A DNA stretch of 64,000 bases from the human T2T-CHM13v2.0 reference genome, Homo sapiens, in assembly GCF_009914755.1 (NCBI RefSeq), contig NC_060937.1; one strand, 5' to 3'. Made by a program: the position numbers and the translations under genes. The notes under the pieces were generated by a model. That model did no database searches, was not told where the DNA came from, and saw only the letters and a program-made list of their open reading frames with translations. Below, one piece after another: positions 55,656 to 64,000 of this stretch; position 1 is the first letter of the stretch, and each line of letters begins with the position of its first letter.

Positions 55656-57771
55656 TGATCAGAGACCCGAGTCCTCTTTTCCTGCTTTACTCTATCACTA
55701 GCCTCCATCCTCAAGTTCCCCTCATGGTCCAGGAAGGCTTTTAAAGCCCTAACCATCATATTCACCTAACATGCTGCAGTAAGGAGGAAAGAAATAGGGT
55801 GAGAAGGATTATTCTTCCTAACTGGGTCAGTTGCCTGTAAGCAAACTTCACGGAAGTCCCACACATGTTCACTAAATCTCTTTAGCCTCAGGTGCAGACA
55901 ATAACGAGACATATTACCTGTAGATAAGTTATTAAGAAGTAATACAACTAACTAAAAGTCAGTCTACCTTTCATTGTCACTACCTGCCAGCAATTCTCAA
56001 TAATTCAATCATAAAATACAGTCAGTTATGTGTCAGTTAATGACAGGGATACGTCCTCACCTTCTTTCAAATGTGCAGGTTCTCACCTCCTTTCAAATAA
56101 GCAGAAGAGTGAGATAGACGAAAAAAAAAAAAAAAATCCCAGAAATTCTTTTCTCAGAATTACACAAGTTGGAACTCCATTCTGGATCCTCTTAACAGAT
56201 CACATACTCTCTCCCAAATCCAATAACGGAATGTTTATTTAATGGATTATCAGCACTCCCTATCCCACAAAGATGTCATATCTTCATCAGATCTTTTTGT
56301 CTGGGCACTATGCGGCTCCCTTCTACTTCTGGGTGTGCTAAGGTCCACCCATTTCAAAGTCAATACCACCGAGAAACTTCCAGGAGAGGCCAGAGTGATG
56401 GATATCGTGGTATCTGTGTGTAATTTTACATAATTCTATTTTCCCCAAACTCCCCTCCCCAACTGGGAAGGAGTCAGGAGCAGAAACTACCTGTGCTCCC
56501 TGGACTGTTGTTGGGCCCCCACCCATCACTTCTTCCCTGCAGAGGGGGAGTAAAGAAAGATCCAGGGACACTGGCGGTGACAAGGATGGGATCAATACAT
56601 GTGAACATGCTTATATGCAATACTTAATCATTGTATTGTGTGAGAAAACATGGATAGTGTTTCACAATTAAATAGTGTCTATATTTTAAATCCATATTCA
56701 TAGAAATGGAATGCCAGCTATTAAATAACTTTTTAACAAATGTTATTTCTTAATAATATTAATGAATCTTATTACTAAATTGCATTCAATTAGTCATTTA
56801 AGTAACACTTATCAAATATATGAATAATATATCTTGAGTACATATTATTTATTAATAATACATTAATTTGATTTTAAAATTAAGCATCAAACCTCCAATA
56901 TGTTAAATATAAATCATTAAGTCAAATACAAATAGAGAAAGGGTACGGAGGAGGAGAGTATATTCTGGAGCTCACATTTAAAATAGTGAGGATATGTCAT
57001 GGATATTAACTCCAAACCTCACAGCCTTTCCCCACAGGGGGAGGACAAGTTGCCTGCAAAGCTTCCCTCCCAACGCTGTGCCGTGATCCACCATAGCTTG
57101 CCTACTTTCGCCATTTACCAGCCCTTTCTACAGGCCTGGCAGGAGGAGCCTGCACCTCTGCGTGTTTGCTGCGTGCTGCTTCTTTGCGTTGCTGACCCAC
57201 CTCCAAGTTCTCTGGGCCAGGAGATACAGTCCAGGTTGACCACAACAGAGAACAGCTAAGCCATGTGAAAGTAGAGGACAAAGACCCTGGTGGCTCTGCC
57301 TCGGGGTCTCCCTGTTCCTTCCAGAATCTCTCACAGTGGGTCGCTGTGTCATTCAAAAATGTCACTGGGGTGCTCGCCAGATTCACCCTTTCAGAGGCCC
57401 CTAAAGACTAAGTCTGTAAGTGAGTCTGGGGCGGAGATGCTCCTGAGACTACAGTTTCGGAAACTGACCTTTCAAAGAGCCTGAGTCTGAGAAAGTTGTA
57501 ATACCACAGAGTAAAATCATGCTTTAATGGTGGGTTTAGGTCATTTGATATAAAAAACCAATTTTTAAAAAATGTAACACAGAAATAAGTGGGAAAGGCA
57601 AGGAGGAAAGCTTCAGAGGCCATTCAGGGAGACTGGGGTGGGGACGTCCATGGATAAAACAGCCAGTGAACTGCAGCCCTAGAAGGAAATGCAAGAGGCA
57701 CACACAAAACCAGAGGCTGCAACAGCAACATGGAAGTTAAAATGGTTTACTCCACAAGAACAAGAAACCCT

Positions 57772-58338
<567 letters not shown>

Positions 58339-58591
58339 TTAGGGGACAAATTGTAAAATTGACGTCTGACTACCCCAGGCTAAGATGCTGAGTCTGCACT
58401 CAGTCCAGCTATGAACCTCCCTGATTTTCTCCCTAGTTCCATCTTTTTTCTGCTTCCCCAGCTGGTAACCCCTCCTCTTTGTGTCCCATTTGCTATTCCC
58501 TTTCTTCTGTGACTGCAGACTTTCCCTCTCTACTGGCTTCTTCTGGGGCTATAAATGTATTCAAGGTCTCCCTTATTTAAAAATACCCTCA

Positions 58592-58707
58592 GGCCAGATG
58601 CAGGCTTACACCTATAATCTCAGCACTTTGGAGGCCAAGGTGGGAGAATCACTTGAGGCCAAGAGTTGAAGACCAGCATGGGCAACATAGCAAGACCCTG
58701 TCTCTAT
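58592..58707 (+). mobile_element. FLAM / Alu left monomer
   Basis: GGCCAGATGCAG...CACTTGAGGCCAAGAGTT...GGGCAACATAGCAAGACCCTGTCTCTA. Confidence 0.85.
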
Positions 58708-59134
58708 TTCCTTTATTTTTTTTAAGGAGACAGAGAGACCAAGAAATACCTTCAAGTGCCTCCACATCTCCGTCTATTGCATTTCACAATGAACTCCCTG
58801 AATAATCACATGCAAACTGTCCCCTCTACCGTGTCACTCTGCTCCCTCTTCATCACTGCAGGCTAGCTCCTGCCCCCTTAACTGTGCTGAAATGCTTTGA
58901 CAAAGGCCTCCTCATTGACAAATCTAATGTCTTCTTTTTAGTCCTCAGCTTCCCTCAAACTCTTTGTGACATGCTACTCTGTTGATCATTCTGTGTTTTT
59001 GAAACTTTTTCTTCCTTTGGCTTCTGAGAAAACCCTCATAATTCTGCTGTCTCACTTATGTTCCTTCTCAAATTCTTCTGCTGGTTAAATGTTGGTATTC
59101 CCCAGGGCTCTGTATTCATGTGAGTCTATCCCTG

Positions 59135-59822
<688 letters not shown>

Positions 59823-61032
59823 GCTCTACATCCCACCCTTGACTGCCTTCATCTGCTCCCATGACAACACTTAACCAAAGTGGGGATGTTCCTGAACCGC
59901 TGATTTGCATGCTCCTGAATTTTATTTAACCATGTGTCCCACTTTTATGAGGAAAACCAGGAAGAATGCAAGAACAAGGTCATCAAGTTCTGGGCTTTAG
60001 AACAATGTTTACCTGTCTTTGTATAAGAGATTTAGAAAAAGATTCAGTGATGGAGAATCCATTTTTTTCTGCTCCTGCCTACCCACTCATGTAATGCTTC
60101 TAACCTATCAGAGAATTAGGGAAAAATAATTAGTCACTGGAATTAGGCTTCCTGCACCCATTCCCATCCCCTCAATCTCTCTAAGAGAAGATGATAGAGG
60201 TGCCCCATATAATTCTTAGGGTCTTACAGTAGAGGAACCAGTGCCCCTCAATCTATCTGGAGTTCCTCTGAGCCATTAGGAGAGTAGAGATGGAATGGTG
60301 GGAAGCAAAAGCAGATGGAATTGGGCAGCTTCACAGAGAGTTCTCATCAGCCCCCAAAGGACAGGAGCATAGATAGGACTTAGAGAACTGGCGGGCTCAA
60401 AAGGGTCCCACAGTCATGACAAGGGAGGCAGCCACACTGTGGCCTGTGCAACAGAGACCAGATGGATGATGGACACCTCCATGGGAGCCAGTCTGAAGGG
60501 CAGGCAGTACCCAAGATCAGACAAGTCTACACATCAGCCAATGGCAGCACAAGATGCCCTCAGACAAGAGCCCATTCCCACCACATTGCGACTCTCAGGA
60601 GATTCAGAACAGAAAGGAAATTTATATGACAAATGATTAACATGATTTAGCTGACTTGGAAGGGATTACATTAAGCTTCCTGCCCATGAAGCAGAATGAG
60701 AGGTTCAGTCAGTTACAGGATGTATCCTTAAGGGTAAACAAAGTCAGCTGCTGCAACACACCCTGAAATCTTAGTGGCTGAAACCAAGTTAATTTCTCAC
60801 TCACACAAAGTTCAGTCAAGAATCAGCCACCCTCCTCCTTTGCCTCTGGAACACGTGGCCTCCTCAGGCACAGAGGCAGGGGAAGAAAGGGAAGGAGGCT
60901 GCACACCAATTCTTCACCCTGTTAACCTGGAAGGGACGCTTCTGCTCCTAGGCCATCAGCCAGACCTAGTCACATGGCCCCAGTCTCACTAGAAAGAAGG
61001 CAGGAGATACAGAACAACACTTGGATATTTGG

Positions 61033-61200
61033 TGTCTTAGTCAGCTTTGGCTGCTGTAACAAAATAGCATGAACTGGGTGGATCAAACAACAGAAACTTA
61101 TTACCTCCCAAAGGCTCTACCTCCAAATACCATCACATTGGGGTTTACAGTTTCAATACATAAATTTTAAAGGGACACACACACATTCATTCCCTAACAT
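61033..61200 (-). mobile_element. Internally deleted MLT1A/B LTR next to an older MLT1 (~60720-61030)
   Basis: TGTCTTAGTCAGCTTTGGCTGCTGTAACAAAAT joined directly to TTACCTCCCAAAGGC...CCATCACATTGGGG. Confidence 0.75.
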
Positions 61201-61389
61201 TTGGCAAACATTGACTATCTCTGCCATAAAGCAAATCAATTAAAGTTACTTTCATCACACATTCACATTCAAGGTGATCTCTATGCTGATAGTTCCCAAA
61301 TCTCTATCTCCATCCCCAATCCGGACTCCTGATCCATATACCCACCTGCCTCCAGGATATCTTCACTTTCACATCCTATAGGTATTTAA

Positions 61390-61510
61390 ACTTTATTTTT
61401 TAAAATGTCAACTTTTATTTTAGACTTGGAGGTACACGTACAGATTTGTTACACAGGTATATTCCAGGATGCTGAAGTTTGAGGTACAATTGATCCCATC
61501 ACCCAGGCAG
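61390..61510 (-). mobile_element. Short L1PA 3' fragment within L2 remnants
   Basis: CAACTTTTATTTTAGA...GGTACACGTACAGATTTGTTACA...GATCCCATCACCCAGG. Confidence 0.75.
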
Positions 61511-61715
61511 TTTAATATGTCTAAAGCTAAACCTATCCTCTTCCCCCAACACTGTTCCTCCTCTTGTATTTCTTATCTCTAGACACCCACAACAGAAACC
61601 TGGAGTAACCCTGGACTATGCTCTCCTCTACCCTTTTACATTCTATCGGTCACCAAGTTTAGTAGATTCTGCTTCCTAACTGCCCTTATACCTGTTTCTT
61701 CTTTCCATCTGCTTC

Positions 61716-61918
61716 GAGGCTTCTCAGTCTTGGCACTATTGACATTCCAGGCCAGATAACTCTTTGCTGTGAGTGCCACCCTGTGCATCGTAGGCTGTTT
61801 AGCAGCATTACTGACCTAGTAGATGCTAAGGTTGCCCTCGCGAAACAAAAAGTTTTCCAACATTGTCAAATATCCCCTGGGAGACAAAGCTGCAGGCCTC
61901 CAATTAAAAAATTACTGA
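61716..61918 (+). mobile_element. MER20
   Basis: TTCTCAGTCTTGGCACTATTGACATT...GTTTAGCAGCAT...ACATTGTCAAATATCCCCTGGG. Confidence 0.85.
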
Positions 61919-61933
61919 TCTGTTACTGTTTAA

Positions 61934-62400
<467 letters not shown>

Positions 62401-62986
62401 TGAATGATCTTTGTGGTTAATCTGACCATTTCACTCTCCCATTAAAAGCCCCCTTTGCTTATAGGATAAAGTGTAAACTGCTTATGAAGCCATACAGAGT
62501 TCTCCATGAACCTGACTTAACCAATTTCACTGCACATCCTGCCACCACTATCCTCTACTTGTAATGCAGGAACATATTTTGGCCATTTATGGCTTGGTTC
62601 AAGCTCATAACCTCCTGTGTGAAGTCATTCCTAAACCTCTGTGAAGAGCTGATTACTCTCTTCTCTGTGGCTCTACCATGGCCTTGGTAGACTTCTGGAA
62701 GACTTGGGTTTTTGTATGGCTACCTGTACTAAATTGCAAGGTTTTTAGGGATGAAACCAGGTCTGCTTGATTCCTGTGTTTCTCGTCATTAAGACAACCC
62801 TGACACATAGTAACCACCCAATTCATTTTTTAACAAATGACAGAAGTGCAACAGTCATTCCCTCAGGAACTTTTGATTCTGCAAAAAGGCTTGGACAGTA
62901 AATTGGGCTGCAGCAATTGCCTATTCTTCACTGAAGAAAAGTCTTAAGGACTTAACTCTGAAATTTTGGAAGACAAAGTAGCCTTA

Positions 62987-63324
<338 letters not shown>

Positions 63325-64000
63325 TCAAATGCTTATAAATCACAAGATCAAATCAGTTGAAAGCAATACTTTCTTTTTACTCATTACAGTTTATTGAGCA
63401 CACACTAAGTGCTCAGAACTGTGTCAGGTGCTATACAGATTATAACCCTTTAAACTGTGAGAATTACCAATAAAACATGAAAGAGTGAAAGAGCTGGATT
63501 GCAATTAACTTTACCAATAATTATTATGGTGTAATTCTAGGTGCGTCATTGTTATATGGAAATAAAAATCTCAACAGTGAGTGAAGGCTGCTAAAAGTAG
63601 CAGCAGCAATTAAGCCTCATATGACTATATAACTTTAGAATGAAAATGTCAGGGAGGAGAAATGGAAAAATCATGCAATCAAGAGAGACACGTTTTATAA
63701 AATAATAAAGGACAGGACCTCTTTTTAAATGCTTGATGGCAAACACGTGTCACAAGTTAGAAAAATGTTCACTGTATTTGTTGAATGTTTTCCATATGTC
63801 ACACATATGGATTTTCTAATTCTATGAGAGGGTTTTCACTTAAAAATTCCAGTGTGTTGACAAGTTAATAAGTGATCTACTGACTTCTTCCCACGCAAGG
63901 GGCTGGAAAACCAATTTCGGCATAGTAGGTGGCATTGCTTTCCCTGGGTTCTCAGCCAGGGTCCATCTGGCTACAACAGAGGTGAGGCAGCCTCCCCAGT

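Overview
Primate (almost certainly human) genomic DNA containing the intronless KCTD12 gene, which from memory lies at 13q22.3. KCTD12 encodes a BTB/T1 + H1 domain auxiliary subunit of GABA-B receptors. It is on the minus strand: CDS 35819->34842 (325 aa), inside a CpG island, with a ~255-nt GC-rich 5'UTR carrying an interrupted CGG repeat and a ~5-kb 3'UTR ending at tandem poly(A) signals near 29850. The rest is intergenic DNA dense in transposon fossils (Alu, L1M/L1PA, L2, MIR, MaLR/ERV LTRs, hAT and Tigger elements). Nearly all other ORFs in the track are repeat-derived or chance frames. I see no second protein-coding gene, RNA gene or CRISPR array, and no convincing new multi-gene system. 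The most notable signals are: (1) an 83-bp perfectly identical tract shared by two old, inverted, otherwise diverged L1MA copies 6 kb apart (gene-conversion signature); (2) an L1MA insertion with a twin-priming inversion and an apparent ~560-bp 3' transduction; (3) a KCTD12 C-terminus (AGG GAG TGA) that looks like a read-through, dead splice donor; (4) the 5'UTR CGG repeat and several 3'UTR regulatory motifs. Repeat family names come from remembered consensus sequences. Repeat boundaries are approximate (tens of bp) unless a TSD is quoted.
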